Positions 16,802 through 27,149 are shown, numbered from the stretch's first letter. The stretch is 28,154 nt of DNA from Pseudobacteriovorax sp. (GCA_050293845.1 JBNKNM010000054.1:1-28154), one strand, 5' to 3'. Notes: generated from the letters alone by a model not told the origin. A program made the numbers and translations.

Positions 16802-19009
16802 ATGAATAAGAAAAAAGTAGCATTATTCCTACTTTTAATAGTTTTGCTAGGGGGATTCATATTCTTCGATCTAAACCAATATCTAACACTGGATTTTTTG
16901 AAATCTCAGCAATCAAAACTAGACCAGTTCTACAGCAACTTCCCAATGATTTTCATCTTGTCATATTCATTCGTTTACATAATTTTAACAGCATTGTCAT
17001 TCCCAGGTGCTACCGTCCTAACTTTAGCAGGGGGGGCCATATTTGGGTTAACTACGGGAACTGTTATAGTCTCTTTGACTAGTACCATTGGGGCTACATT
17101 GGCGTTTTTGATGGCGCGTTTCTTTATTCGCGATTACGTTCAATCGAAGTTTCCACAAAAATTGAAAGTTATCAATGAAGGTATAGAAAAAGAAGGTGAT
17201 TTTTACTTATTTACCCTGCGCCTTGTACCTATAGTTCCCTTTTTTGTGATTAACCTTGCTATGGGACTGACTCCTATTAAAACCTGGCGATTCTTTCTTA
17301 TTAGTCAAATAGGTATGCTATTTGGTACTGTCGTTTATGTTAATGCAGGTACTCAAATTGCTCAATTAGAATCATTGCGTGATGTGATGTCTGTTGAATT
17401 GATTTTTAGTTTCGCCTTACTTGGTGTATTTCCTCTGCTAGCAAAAAAGATTATTAGTTTTATAAAGGTTCGAAAAGCTTTATTTAGATATAAGGCTCCT
17501 GCCACCTATGATTATAATATCATTGTGATTGGTGCCGGATCTGGAGGTTTGGTTTCTTCTTACATTGCCGCAGCAGTTAAAGCCAAAGTTGCTCTCATTG
17601 AAAAACATAAGATGGGTGGAGATTGTCTAAATACTGGATGTGTTCCCAGCAAAGCCCTAATCAAATCAGCGAAGATAGTTGCCACACAGCGTAAAGCAAA
17701 GGATTATGGCTTAGATTCCATTGACATTAATTTTTCATTTAGTCATGTGATGGAACGTGTACAGCGTGTCATCAAAACTGTCGAACCTCATGATTCGAGA
17801 GAAAGGTATGAGGGATTAGGAGTAGAGTGTATAGAGGGACACGCGACGATTATATCTCCGTATGAAGTCGAAGTAGATGGTAAAATTTTAACTACAAAGA
17901 ATATTATCATTGCAACAGGTGGTCGACCATTTGTTCCACCAATACCTGGTATCGAAGATATTGAATATCGTACCTCCGATAATATTTGGGAAATCCGTAA
18001 ACGTCCCAACAGGCTTCTCATTCTGGGAGGCGGGCCCATTGGTTCCGAGCTAGCGCAGGCTTTTCAAAGGTTAGGTTCAAATGTCACCATGATTGAGAAG
18101 GCCGACCACATACTTGCCCGGGAGGATCAGGATGTATCTGAAGAGGTAATGAAGCAGTTCAAAAAAGAAGGTATTAACATTTTAACAAATCACAAAGCTG
18201 TACATTTTGCTTCCCATGATGGACGGCAAGTCTTGACTGCTGAGAACAAAGGGAAAAGCGTTGAGATCGAATTTGATTTGCTGCTTATAGCGATTGGTCG
18301 CAGGTCAAATGTTGAGGGATTTGGGGGTGAAAAGCTTGGCATCGAGCTTACAGAACGAGGTAAGATTGCATCCGATGCATTCCTAAGAACTAATTTTCCT
18401 AATATATATGTATGTGGAGATGTGACAGGCGACTATCAGTTCACTCATGTTGCGGCCCATGAAGCCTGGTATGCCGCCGTTAATGCCTTATTTAGCCCAA
18501 TAAAATCGTTTAAGGTCGATTATAGGGTTATCCCGATGGTAACATACTGCGATCCAGAAGTTGCTCGTGTAGGTCTAAACGAAGAGGAAGCCAAACGTAA
18601 CAAGGTGAGCTATGAAGTGACCACTTATGGAATAGACGATTTAGACCGCGCCATTGCCGATGAGGAAGCAAAAGGGTTTGTTAAAGTTTTAACCGTTCCA
18701 GGAAAGGACACCATACTTGGGGTCACGATTGTTGGTCAGCACGCCGGAGATATTCTCGCAGAGTTTGTCCTGGCGATGAAGTACAACCTTGGTTTAAATA
18801 AAATATTAGGGACCATCCACGCTTATCCCACATTAGCTGAAGCCAACAAGTATGCTGCTGGTGAATGGAAAAGAGCACATGCACCAAAAAAAGTACTAGC
18901 TTGGTTAGAAAAATTTCACGCCTGGAGGCGTAAAGAGAAAATGCCTACAGTCGTGAACAACGAATCTATCACGGGAGCAATAGATCAAAACAAGGAGGAT
19001 TTCGCATGA
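16802..19009 (+). CDS. DedA/VTT (SNARE_assoc) membrane domain fused to a pyridine nucleotide-disulfide oxidoreductase (LpdA/MerA-like)
   Basis: LRLVPIVPFFVIN VTT motif; GAGSGG FAD site; GGDCLNTGCVPSK redox disulfide; GGGPIG NAD site; C-terminal HAYPTLAE; GGAGG RBS before the ATG at 16802. Confidence 0.9.
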   Translation: MNKKKVALFLLLIVLLGGFIFFDLNQYLTLDFLKSQQSKLDQFYSNFPMIFILSYSFVYIILTALSFPGATVLTLAGGAIFGLTTGTVIVSLTSTIGATLAFLMARFFIRDYVQSKFPQKLKVINEGIEKEGDFYLFTLRLVPIVPFFVINLAMGLTPIKTWRFFLISQIGMLFGTVVYVNAGTQIAQLESLRDVMSVELIFSFALLGVFPLLAKKIISFIKVRKALFRYKAPATYDYNIIVIGAGSGGLVSSYIAAAVKAKVALIEKHKMGGDCLNTGCVPSKALIKSAKIVATQRKAKDYGLDSIDINFSFSHVMERVQRVIKTVEPHDSRERYEGLGVECIEGHATIISPYEVEVDGKILTTKNIIIATGGRPFVPPIPGIEDIEYRTSDNIWEIRKRPNRLLILGGGPIGSELAQAFQRLGSNVTMIEKADHILAREDQDVSEEVMKQFKKEGINILTNHKAVHFASHDGRQVLTAENKGKSVEIEFDLLLIAIGRRSNVEGFGGEKLGIELTERGKIASDAFLRTNFPNIYVCGDVTGDYQFTHVAAHEAWYAAVNALFSPIKSFKVDYRVIPMVTYCDPEVARVGLNEEEAKRNKVSYEVTTYGIDDLDRAIADEEAKGFVKVLTVPGKDTILGVTIVGQHAGDILAEFVLAMKYNLGLNKILGTIHAYPTLAEANKYAAGEWKRAHAPKKVLAWLEKFHAWRRKEKMPTVVNNESITGAIDQNKEDFA

Positions 19010-19072
19010 GTTTTTTTGCGATTGTTGCGATGAATGTGGCTGTAGGCGGCACACTCCTGTTAGGTCGCCTCA

Positions 19073-20368
19073 TTAGGTGTAATGTCGAACATCCCGCAAT
19101 GACTGTCGCAGCTCGGAACGGAAATTGGGGTGGGCAATGGAAACAAGGGCTTCTCCCCGCTCCCTTAAAGTTAAGCCGTGCAGGTTGACAATACCATACT
19201 CAGTGGCAACCCAATGGACGTGGCCTCGGGTGGTGACCACACCGGCGCCTTCCTTCAAGGTGGGAGTGATACGTGATACCGTTCCCCCTGCAGCTGTAGA
19301 TGGGAGGGCTATGATTGGCATGCCACCCTGCGAACGAGCTGCACCATGGATAAAGTCCATTTGACCACCAATTCCAGAGTAAATGCGATGTCCTATGGAA
19401 TCAGCACAAACCTGACCCGTGAGATCGACTTCTATAGCAGAGTTGATTGCCACAACCTTGGGGTTGCGTCGAATAAGAGCAGTATCGTTAGTGCGGTCAC
19501 AGGGGTGGAATTCCACTAATAAATTGTCATGGCAAAAATCATAGAGTTTCTGACTACCTGAAACGAAACTAGTGACAATACGTCCGGGGTGGACCTCTTT
19601 GAGTCGGTTGGTAATCACTCCGGCTTCTACAAGAGGTAAAATGCCATCAGAAAACATTTCGGTATGAATGCCAAGGTCATTTTTATTACCGAGACGGGCC
19701 AAGACAGCATCTGGGATCGCTCCGATTCCCATCTGTAGTGTTGCACCATCTTCTACTTTATCAGCAATCAGTTGTCCGATTTGGCTTTCCACCTCACCAA
19801 TTTTTATCGGTGGATGGGAACATACGGGGTGGTTGGAGTGTATAAATGCTGTGCATTTGCTGAGGGGAACCATAGTGTTGCCATGGGTACGGGGCATCTG
19901 TTCATTGATTTCAGCAATGATAATGGGAGCATTGTCCACTGCAGCTCGGGCCGCATCTACTGAAGTGCCAAGCGTGCACATTCCGTGTTTGTCGGGAGGA
20001 GATAGCTGCACTAAAGCTACATCTAGGTGGCAGTGATTACTACGAAACAAGTGGGGAATATCAGACAGAAATATTGGCATAAACTCCGCGTACCCTTCTG
20101 CTACAGGCTTGCGGAGCTGGGGCCCGGTAAAAAGCGATACCGAGCGAATGCGATCTACTAAATCCGAACGGGCAAAGCTGGTTTCACCACTGGTATGCAG
20201 GTGATATAAACGCACATTTTCAATATCTTCGCGCTGACATAGAGCGCTTAGTAAAGTGTCAGGTGTTGCCGCGGCGCCATGAACAAACACCTTCATATTG
20301 CTTTTAATTAATGCTACTGCTTGGGCTGCATCAACGGCTTGGCTCTGCCAGTTTCTAATATCACTCAT
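19073..20368 (-). CDS. Acetyl-CoA hydrolase/transferase (4-hydroxybutyrate CoA-transferase-like)
   Basis: LQMGIGAIPDAV, DLGIHTEMFSDG (catalytic Glu), SGIGGQMDF and VATEYG motifs; GGAG RBS. Confidence 0.92.
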   Translation of the reverse strand: MSDIRNWQSQAVDAAQAVALIKSNMKVFVHGAAATPDTLLSALCQREDIENVRLYHLHTSGETSFARSDLVDRIRSVSLFTGPQLRKPVAEGYAEFMPIFLSDIPHLFRSNHCHLDVALVQLSPPDKHGMCTLGTSVDAARAAVDNAPIIIAEINEQMPRTHGNTMVPLSKCTAFIHSNHPVCSHPPIKIGEVESQIGQLIADKVEDGATLQMGIGAIPDAVLARLGNKNDLGIHTEMFSDGILPLVEAGVITNRLKEVHPGRIVTSFVSGSQKLYDFCHDNLLVEFHPCDRTNDTALIRRNPKVVAINSAIEVDLTGQVCADSIGHRIYSGIGGQMDFIHGAARSQGGMPIIALPSTAAGGTVSRITPTLKEGAGVVTTRGHVHWVATEYGIVNLHGLTLRERGEALVSIAHPNFRSELRQSLRDVRHYT

Positions 20369-21368
20369 GGAAGTCTCCGTATTGGCGCAAAGTTCAGTCT
20401 TCGACGCTAATCTTATAACTGATTATCCCTAGGTTTCACAGACAAAACATAGGTAAAATTACTTTCTTAAACCTAAGACATCGTGGGCTAGCATGGTTTC
20501 AATCGTTAGCTGATCAGATTGGCTAGGAATGATGGTATCGCTTTGTGCTAGAGCATTTTTTGCTAACCATTAAGCTAAACTGTAAATGTAAATCGTTGTC
20601 AGGAATAAATGTTTGCCCATTGCTGGCCAAGACCATAACCCATAGTTATCGCCATAACAAATGTTCAAGAAACCATAACGTCTCCTCTATATCCCTATGA
20701 GGGGTTTAATGCTTAGTTTATAATAGATGATCGCGTTCCCAATCAGGCTAATCCAATATTTTTTGCTACATTTCAGTAAAAATTTGAATCATCTCTTCCA
20801 GTCCTGTCAGCTTATGATAAGACTCCTTTTAAACGTAAACCATCCCAAAAATAAAATCAAAAAATAGGAATGAAAGCTCCTCCTTGTTTTAGAAACATTC
20901 TGCATTTAAAGTTAAATTTTAGTGCAGATGCGACAAAGAAATGCAAACTAAGGCTATGGGATAAGTAATGGGTGTTACTATCTAAGTGTTTGTCTGGGTC
21001 GACAATGAAAAGTATACCGATGTTGTGAGAATCCTGTATAATTACTTGCTAAGTCTAGCAATTATGTTATAGCAATTAGTATCGCTCAAATTTAGTTTGA
21101 TCACTATCTGCATACTCTATTAGTAAACTTCATCATCTAAGGGGAAAGTGCACAGTTGTAGTGAAAGTGAACCATATTCACGAAATTTAGGTAGCCGAGA
21201 TTAAATCTATAGCCTTTTGGATAGTGAGCAATAATTAGCACTTTGTGTTTCTTTGAGTACGATGCGTAACTACTTTAGGGATCTAAGTATTTGAACAAGA
21301 AGTAAGTTTCGAAACCATTAAGTCATGATAACCGTTTACACTAAAAATTATGTTGTTAGGGTCATTCA

Positions 21369-22820
21369 ATGAGCAAAAAATTACCACGCAATACCATGAC
21401 TACCACTACTAAAGAAAAATCAGTGGCACAAGTAACCACAAATACTCCAGCGATTAGTTCTGCTAAGCCGATTAAAAGTTTTCGTTTTCAAAATAAGTCA
21501 ACAGTCATTGGTTACAACCAAGGCTTATACCTGGGATTATCTGAGGATGGCAAACACTGGGAATGGGATGCTAACTGTATTTTTGATTTGTCTGAATCAT
21601 CTGCAGTGCTAAATGCGGAAGACAATCTTCAGATTAACAATGCTTATCGCTTCGGGGAGCAGGTCATTGTTGTTTTAGAACGATCTGGAGGGGTGGATAT
21701 ACAGCGCGATATGGTCGTATTGGATAGCCTTGATCCTTGGAATGTTATTGCTTATCTGGAAGACTGTGATCAGTCTGAGTTAGCTAAGAGTGTATCCCAG
21801 GAGCTGAGTCCTACACTGGAACGCTATGTCAGCAATCCTATTATTACGCCTCGCAGTGAAAATACATGGGAGGCTTTTACGACATTTAATCCGGCAGCTT
21901 TTATGCTCAATGGACTCGTGCATCTCCTATATAGAGCGCAAGGCTATGACTACACTTCATCTCTTGGATATGCTGCGAGTCAGGATGGATATAATATAAC
22001 AGAACGCTTAGAATATCCGGTATTTGTAGATAGGCGTACCCCAGTCGGGGAGCAAGGTCGTTCTTATGGATCAGGTGGTAGCAGTGGGGGAGTGGAAGAT
22101 CCAAGGGCGACTGTCTTAGAGTCTAAAGTCCATGTGACTTATGTTTCTTATGATGGTGCGACCCTTCCTCGCCTGGCATATACTTCGATTGATATCGATG
22201 ATTTTATGCGACGAGATTGGCAGTGGAAAAGACCGCAATTTATGTCTGAACCAGGACATGTAGATAAGAGTGGTGTGATCTTTCCTGGTAAAGTACGCGG
22301 CAAATATGTAGTGATGCATAGGGTTTTTCCTGATATCCAAATTGACTACCGGGATGACCTTGATTTTAGTGAAAATAATTTTTTGGATGTCGATGCGGTG
22401 ATTCCCGCCAGCAAATTTGGTTGGGATAGTCGAAAAATCGGGGCTGGTCCTCCCCCCATTGAAACCGACGAGGGTTGGTTGTTGATATACTATGGAGTGG
22501 ATGATCGACAGGCTGAACAGTATCATATCGGGGCCATGCTTTTGGACCGGGACTATCCGGAGCAAGTTATTGCCCGCAGTCAGGAACCTATACTGTCACC
22601 GCAGGTTCACTACGAGATGAACGGTTTTAAGCCTGGCATACTTTATCCATGTGGTGCTGTAAAAAAGGAGGAGAGTTTATTAGTTTATTATGGAACTGCC
22701 GATAAATATGTCAGTGTAGCAACTGCCAATATCAATGAGTTGATTATGAAGTTAAAACGATCGGGGTCTCCAAAATTACAAATCAAACAGAGGCTACTTG
22801 CTAGCACTAAGAGGGGGTAA
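21369..22820 (+). CDS. GH130-like glycosidase/phosphorylase with a ~150-aa N-terminal extension
   Basis: FNPAA, VEDPR, DKSGVIFP, MHR, KIGAGPPP, GWLLIYYG and YPCGA motifs; no signal peptide. Confidence 0.85.
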   Translation: MSKKLPRNTMTTTTKEKSVAQVTTNTPAISSAKPIKSFRFQNKSTVIGYNQGLYLGLSEDGKHWEWDANCIFDLSESSAVLNAEDNLQINNAYRFGEQVIVVLERSGGVDIQRDMVVLDSLDPWNVIAYLEDCDQSELAKSVSQELSPTLERYVSNPIITPRSENTWEAFTTFNPAAFMLNGLVHLLYRAQGYDYTSSLGYAASQDGYNITERLEYPVFVDRRTPVGEQGRSYGSGGSSGGVEDPRATVLESKVHVTYVSYDGATLPRLAYTSIDIDDFMRRDWQWKRPQFMSEPGHVDKSGVIFPGKVRGKYVVMHRVFPDIQIDYRDDLDFSENNFLDVDAVIPASKFGWDSRKIGAGPPPIETDEGWLLIYYGVDDRQAEQYHIGAMLLDRDYPEQVIARSQEPILSPQVHYEMNGFKPGILYPCGAVKKEESLLVYYGTADKYVSVATANINELIMKLKRSGSPKLQIKQRLLASTKRG

Positions 22821-22823
22821 GCT

Positions 22824-24746
22824 ATGAAACGACACCCGAATAATCCTATATTCAGTCCATCGGAAAATGCCTGGGAGAATTTTGCTGTATTTAACCCTTC
22901 CTTAGTGCCGTTTAGGTCTAAATGGCGTATGTTGTACCGTGCGATTGGTGATGTGGAAGAGATAAGAGGAAAAGAATTGCGTGTCTCCCGTTTAGGTATA
23001 GCTTCTTCGGACGATGGTATTCAATTTAATGATCGTCGTATATTTTTAGAACCGAATACACCTTTTAATGCCTTTGGTTGCGAAGATCCGCGCGTTACTT
23101 TCTTTGAAGGAAAGTATTATATATTCTATACGGCTCTTGGAGGGTTTCCCTTTTCTAGAGAAAATATTAAGGTAGCTTTGGCGGTCAGTTCTGACTTGGA
23201 AACCATAGATGAGCATTATTTAATTACACCTTTTAATGCGAAAGCTATGGCTCTATTTCCAGAGCGAATCAATGGCAAAATTACAGCTCTATTATCGGTC
23301 AACACCGATAATCCTCCAGCACACTGTGCTGTAATCCAGGTAGATCGTATGGAGGAACTTTATGATCCGATGATGTGGTATAACTGGTACTCTACATATA
23401 TGCGAAATGCGTTGGAATTGAGTCGCTTGAATAGTGACCATGTAGAAGTAGGTTGTCCCCCCATTCGTTGTAAAGAGGGTTGGTTGCTAATTTACTGTCA
23501 TATTAATGATTATGGTACCAAAGGAGCTAATGCTCAATTTAGATTTGAAGCAGCACTTCTTGATCATGATAATCCTGCTAAAGTTATTGGTCGTACTTTG
23601 GAGCCTGTTCTAGAAGAACAGGAAACGTATGAGAAAGTAGGAACAGTACCAAACGTAATTTTTCCAACCTCCTTAGTTGCAGATGAAGATAAATATCATT
23701 TGTATTATGGAGCGACAGACACAACAGTGTCTTTGGCGTCTGAATCTAAAAGTGCACTGCATGATAAGATTCAAAAAGAAATAAAAGTCGTACCTAAAGC
23801 TTCAAAACTCCACTTTCCTATTATTACGCCTCGTTTTGGGGTCATGTGGGAAGCCAATGGCGTTTTCAACCCTGGTTGTTGGGATGATGGCAAGAATATT
23901 CACGTATTTTATCGGGCACAAAGTAAGAACTGGACCTCGCAAATCGGATATGCGCGCCTGAATACTCCATATAATATTGAATTTCTCAGTGATGAGCCTG
24001 TTTATAAACCTAGGGCATCCTTTGAAACCAAGGTTATGGAAGAATGTTATTCCGGATGTGAAGACCCCCGACTCACTCAGATTGGGGATACTGTTTATAT
24101 GCTCTATACTGCATTTGATGGTGTTAATCCTCCTCTTGTGGCTCTCACTCATATTAAAGCGAAGAACATCCAGCAGGGGAAATGGGATTGGGCTGAACCC
24201 AAGTTGATCTCCCGTCCGGGCAAGATGGATAAAAATGCTATGATGTTCCCGGAAGTGATAAGTGGTAACTATTTGCTACTGCATCGGATCGAACCTCATA
24301 TTTGCATTCATTCTATTTCTGAGGATAAATTCCCCCAAATGGGAGTCAGCGAGTTTCTACATGGGGGTACAATATTGGCGAAGCCAGAAAATACCTGGGA
24401 GTCGGCAAAAATTGGGGCTAATTGTTCACCGATGCGAACCGCGGAAGGTTGGTTATTGATTTACCATGGTGTCGACAAAAGGGATTCCCAATATCGCGTG
24501 GGAAGTATGTTATTAGACCTGGATAATCCTCAAAAAATCATTGCTCGGACACCATTTCCTTTTTTAGAACCAACCTTGCCTTGGGAGCAGCTCGGTGTCG
24601 TACCTAATGTGACCTTCCCCTGTGGGGCTACTATAAGGAATGAACAACTATTTATTTACTATGGTGGGGCGGATACTGTGGTTGGAGTTGCTATGATTCC
24701 CCTCTCACAGGTTATGGAAGCCATGCTACCTGTAAGGCAATCCTAA
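22824..24746 (+). CDS. Tandem double GH130-like domain protein
   Basis: Two complete FNP...CEDPR...GWLLIY...PNV.FP...YYG sets; GAGGGGG RBS; 3 nt after the preceding stop. Confidence 0.87.
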   Translation: MKRHPNNPIFSPSENAWENFAVFNPSLVPFRSKWRMLYRAIGDVEEIRGKELRVSRLGIASSDDGIQFNDRRIFLEPNTPFNAFGCEDPRVTFFEGKYYIFYTALGGFPFSRENIKVALAVSSDLETIDEHYLITPFNAKAMALFPERINGKITALLSVNTDNPPAHCAVIQVDRMEELYDPMMWYNWYSTYMRNALELSRLNSDHVEVGCPPIRCKEGWLLIYCHINDYGTKGANAQFRFEAALLDHDNPAKVIGRTLEPVLEEQETYEKVGTVPNVIFPTSLVADEDKYHLYYGATDTTVSLASESKSALHDKIQKEIKVVPKASKLHFPIITPRFGVMWEANGVFNPGCWDDGKNIHVFYRAQSKNWTSQIGYARLNTPYNIEFLSDEPVYKPRASFETKVMEECYSGCEDPRLTQIGDTVYMLYTAFDGVNPPLVALTHIKAKNIQQGKWDWAEPKLISRPGKMDKNAMMFPEVISGNYLLLHRIEPHICIHSISEDKFPQMGVSEFLHGGTILAKPENTWESAKIGANCSPMRTAEGWLLIYHGVDKRDSQYRVGSMLLDLDNPQKIIARTPFPFLEPTLPWEQLGVVPNVTFPCGATIRNEQLFIYYGGADTVVGVAMIPLSQVMEAMLPVRQS

Positions 24747-24748
24747 GT

Positions 24749-24779
24749 AAAAGCCCCTTTAAGGGGCTCTGGGTTTTTA
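24749..24779. terminator. Probable bidirectional intrinsic terminator
   Basis: AAAAGCCCCTTTAAGGGGCTCTGGGTTTTT between convergent genes; GC stem with A-run on the left and T-run on the right. Confidence 0.6.
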
Positions 24780-24815
24780 TCAACGACGCTCTTTTGGTTA
24801 TTGGGTCTTGCAGGC

Positions 24816-26303
24816 TTAGTTGTTATTTTCTCTTTCATTTAGCTTAGCCCAAACCTGATCTTCTTTTTGCCGAATATTCTCACAGATACGGTCACCACCT
24901 TCAAAGTGAGCTTCGCATGCTTTTCCTATGGTTTGCATAGCGCTTTGCGACATGTCTAATGAATAAGTTGATGACGGAGTTTGACTACAAACGCTGTTGT
25001 CTAAAGTTACGGATGGAGCGGTAGGTTCCGTTTGACTAAGTAATTCGTCAGTATCCATATCAATTTCATCTAGTGCTGTGCTTAAATCAGTTGTTTCAGC
25101 AGTAGCATATTTGGGAGATTCGTTTTCGTTATATTCGAAAGTGATGCTACCACTATGGGTAAATGGCTCGCTTTGGTTAGGGTCTGTAAAAGTACCTTTG
25201 CGCTTTCCCGTGCCTTCGTAGATTGCCACATCTTTCATGGTATTGCCCGTATAGCGTACAATAGACACTCCTGACTCACTGAATTTGTAAGTATTGTCGT
25301 CCCAGGTATGACTACCTTTAGTTATGAATTTAGTCGTCAATTTGGAGTCAGACACTGTTATGGAGCCATTGAAAGTATCGGAAGAACCGGAGGATGAAAA
25401 GCTGCCTTTGATGTCCATCTTCCGCGAAGAACTGGGATCAAATGAAATGGTTCCATCATCAGCTGTTAATAGCCCAGCACTCAATACTAAATCGAATGCA
25501 TGGCTGAATGATTCTCCCTCATACTCCTCGGTGCCATTGTTTTTATTGGTAATTGTCAATAATCCTTGATTATTATCTACGTGGATGATTTCCTTATTTC
25601 TTAACTCATTATCTTCACTACAAAAGTTAAGGGATACCTGATAGATGCCACTTTCAACGGAAGTTCCTTGTATTTCAAAGATGATAGTCTCATTACCATC
25701 TCTAGCATCGGGTTGGTTTTTAAGTTGTAGAGCACGATATACAGTTTCCGAAGATGGGGCAAAAAATTGACCTTGTGCTACTTCTTCTCCACTAACATAT
25801 TCAACTAAACGATCTCCGTCTTCTGCATCAATACGCTTCATATAACAAGAGGATGTTGAAGCTGAAGATAGCTCACTAATTTGTCGTGCAGCATCCTGCA
25901 TAATGTAGCATTTATTCTGTCCATCACGAAAGCTTTGCATATAAATATCGAACTGATCCCAATCATTACTGCCAGCAGCCGACACTAAATTTGTCACCAA
26001 GGTATTGATATCTGAAATCAAATACTCCTCAATATTATCGCCGTTTATACTGGAGAAAGCTGGTGGAGTTCCCACTACAGCATCGGCGCTGCTTTGTAGT
26101 CGTAAGCCACTGTCATCACTGGCTGCTACCAGTAATGTTCCAACATCAGGAATTGCTGATAACGATCCTACCTTTGTCGTTGAAGTTTCACTGTAAACAC
26201 CGGTGCTTGTTGCTTCATCGCTGTCGGTTTCGCCACAAGAAGCGAGAGCAATTCCAATGCCACTAATGGCAAGCCTATAGATCCAGGCTTTTACTAATCT
26301 CAT
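24816..26303 (-). CDS. Hypothetical lipoprotein, acidic and Ser/Thr-rich, with several Cys
   Basis: Lipobox LASC at residues 19-22; GAGGAG RBS; 495-codon ORF with no recognisable family motif. Confidence 0.8.
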   Translation of the reverse strand: MRLVKAWIYRLAISGIGIALASCGETDSDEATSTGVYSETSTTKVGSLSAIPDVGTLLVAASDDSGLRLQSSADAVVGTPPAFSSINGDNIEEYLISDINTLVTNLVSAAGSNDWDQFDIYMQSFRDGQNKCYIMQDAARQISELSSASTSSCYMKRIDAEDGDRLVEYVSGEEVAQGQFFAPSSETVYRALQLKNQPDARDGNETIIFEIQGTSVESGIYQVSLNFCSEDNELRNKEIIHVDNNQGLLTITNKNNGTEEYEGESFSHAFDLVLSAGLLTADDGTISFDPSSSRKMDIKGSFSSSGSSDTFNGSITVSDSKLTTKFITKGSHTWDDNTYKFSESGVSIVRYTGNTMKDVAIYEGTGKRKGTFTDPNQSEPFTHSGSITFEYNENESPKYATAETTDLSTALDEIDMDTDELLSQTEPTAPSVTLDNSVCSQTPSSTYSLDMSQSAMQTIGKACEAHFEGGDRICENIRQKEDQVWAKLNERENNN

Positions 26304-26832
26304 ACGCTAATTCTCCTCAGTAAATGCTTCTAAATATATCTAGGAAATAGACATTCCATATGCTCTAAAGGTAGTCGGTAGCATGGTGTTATTTTTGAAA
26401 GTAACTTTTCATTATTGAGTCTTGATAGAGGGTTAGGGGTTGCTAATGTAGTACCTGTTTAGAGGTATGAAAGCTGATATCAGCTCAGATGCGGAGCTTT
26501 GCAACAATACATTCGCTTTTTACGCACAAGTTCTATTGAAAGTAATGCATTTTATATTATTGAATATATTATTAAAATAAGATTTACTCCGGTTGAGTTA
26601 ATATCAATCCGATAAAATTTTTTAAAAAATTTGATGTCAATTATGATCAGCGGTAATAAACTATATATCTATGCTCCCCTGAACCTAAGAACTTTAGTAA
26701 TTCTTGAGTATCATGATTCTATATAGAATTGATCAAGATTTTCTTTGCTTTGAATGCCTAAGCCAGGGAAAAAATGGGATATGAAGGGAAATTAAGTTGG
26801 GATCAAATCCTTGAACCATTATTGGAGGAAAT

Positions 26833-27002
26833 ATGATTATTTTTAAAAAGTTAAGTTTGTTAATAAGCATCGGCAGATTAGGTTTGGTTGCAGTAGAACA
26901 CCGCAGATCACGAATCTGCTGAAGATCAAGAACAGTTTAGAGGAAAAGGAGAATTCTTGGAATGGAATTTACAGCATCGATTTACCTATCCTTTTAAGAT
27001 AG
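26833..27002 (+). pseudogene. Possible frameshifted lipoprotein remnant
   Basis: GGAGG RBS and ATG give MIIFKKLSLLISIG; a shifted frame continues FGCSRTPQITNLLKIKNS... to TAG at 27000-27002. Confidence 0.3.
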
Positions 27003-27149
27003 TAAAGTACTTCTTGTTGAGATAATTAATAGGCTGACAGGGACTTTACCAATAATACGGACTTGAAAATATTGACTTTCTAGACAAAATAGGTTGTAGT
27101 ATCTTAGATTGAAAAATTTAATAACGATTCTAAGGGATACTGAATTGCA

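Noticed and set aside
16802..19009. merA (mercuric reductase) assignment
   Set aside because: Lacks the C-terminal Cys-Cys pair and the metal-binding N-terminal domain; no mer genes nearby.
20575..20690. GAGGAG-ATG frame on the minus strand with two in-frame TGA (MVS*TFVMAITMG...)
   Set aside because: TGA is used as a normal stop by other genes in the window; too short to support recoding or a pseudogene call.
24749..24768. AAAG plus hairpin as an IS608-like left end
   Set aside because: The short stem between convergent genes is adequately explained as a terminator, and it is far from the right-end copies.
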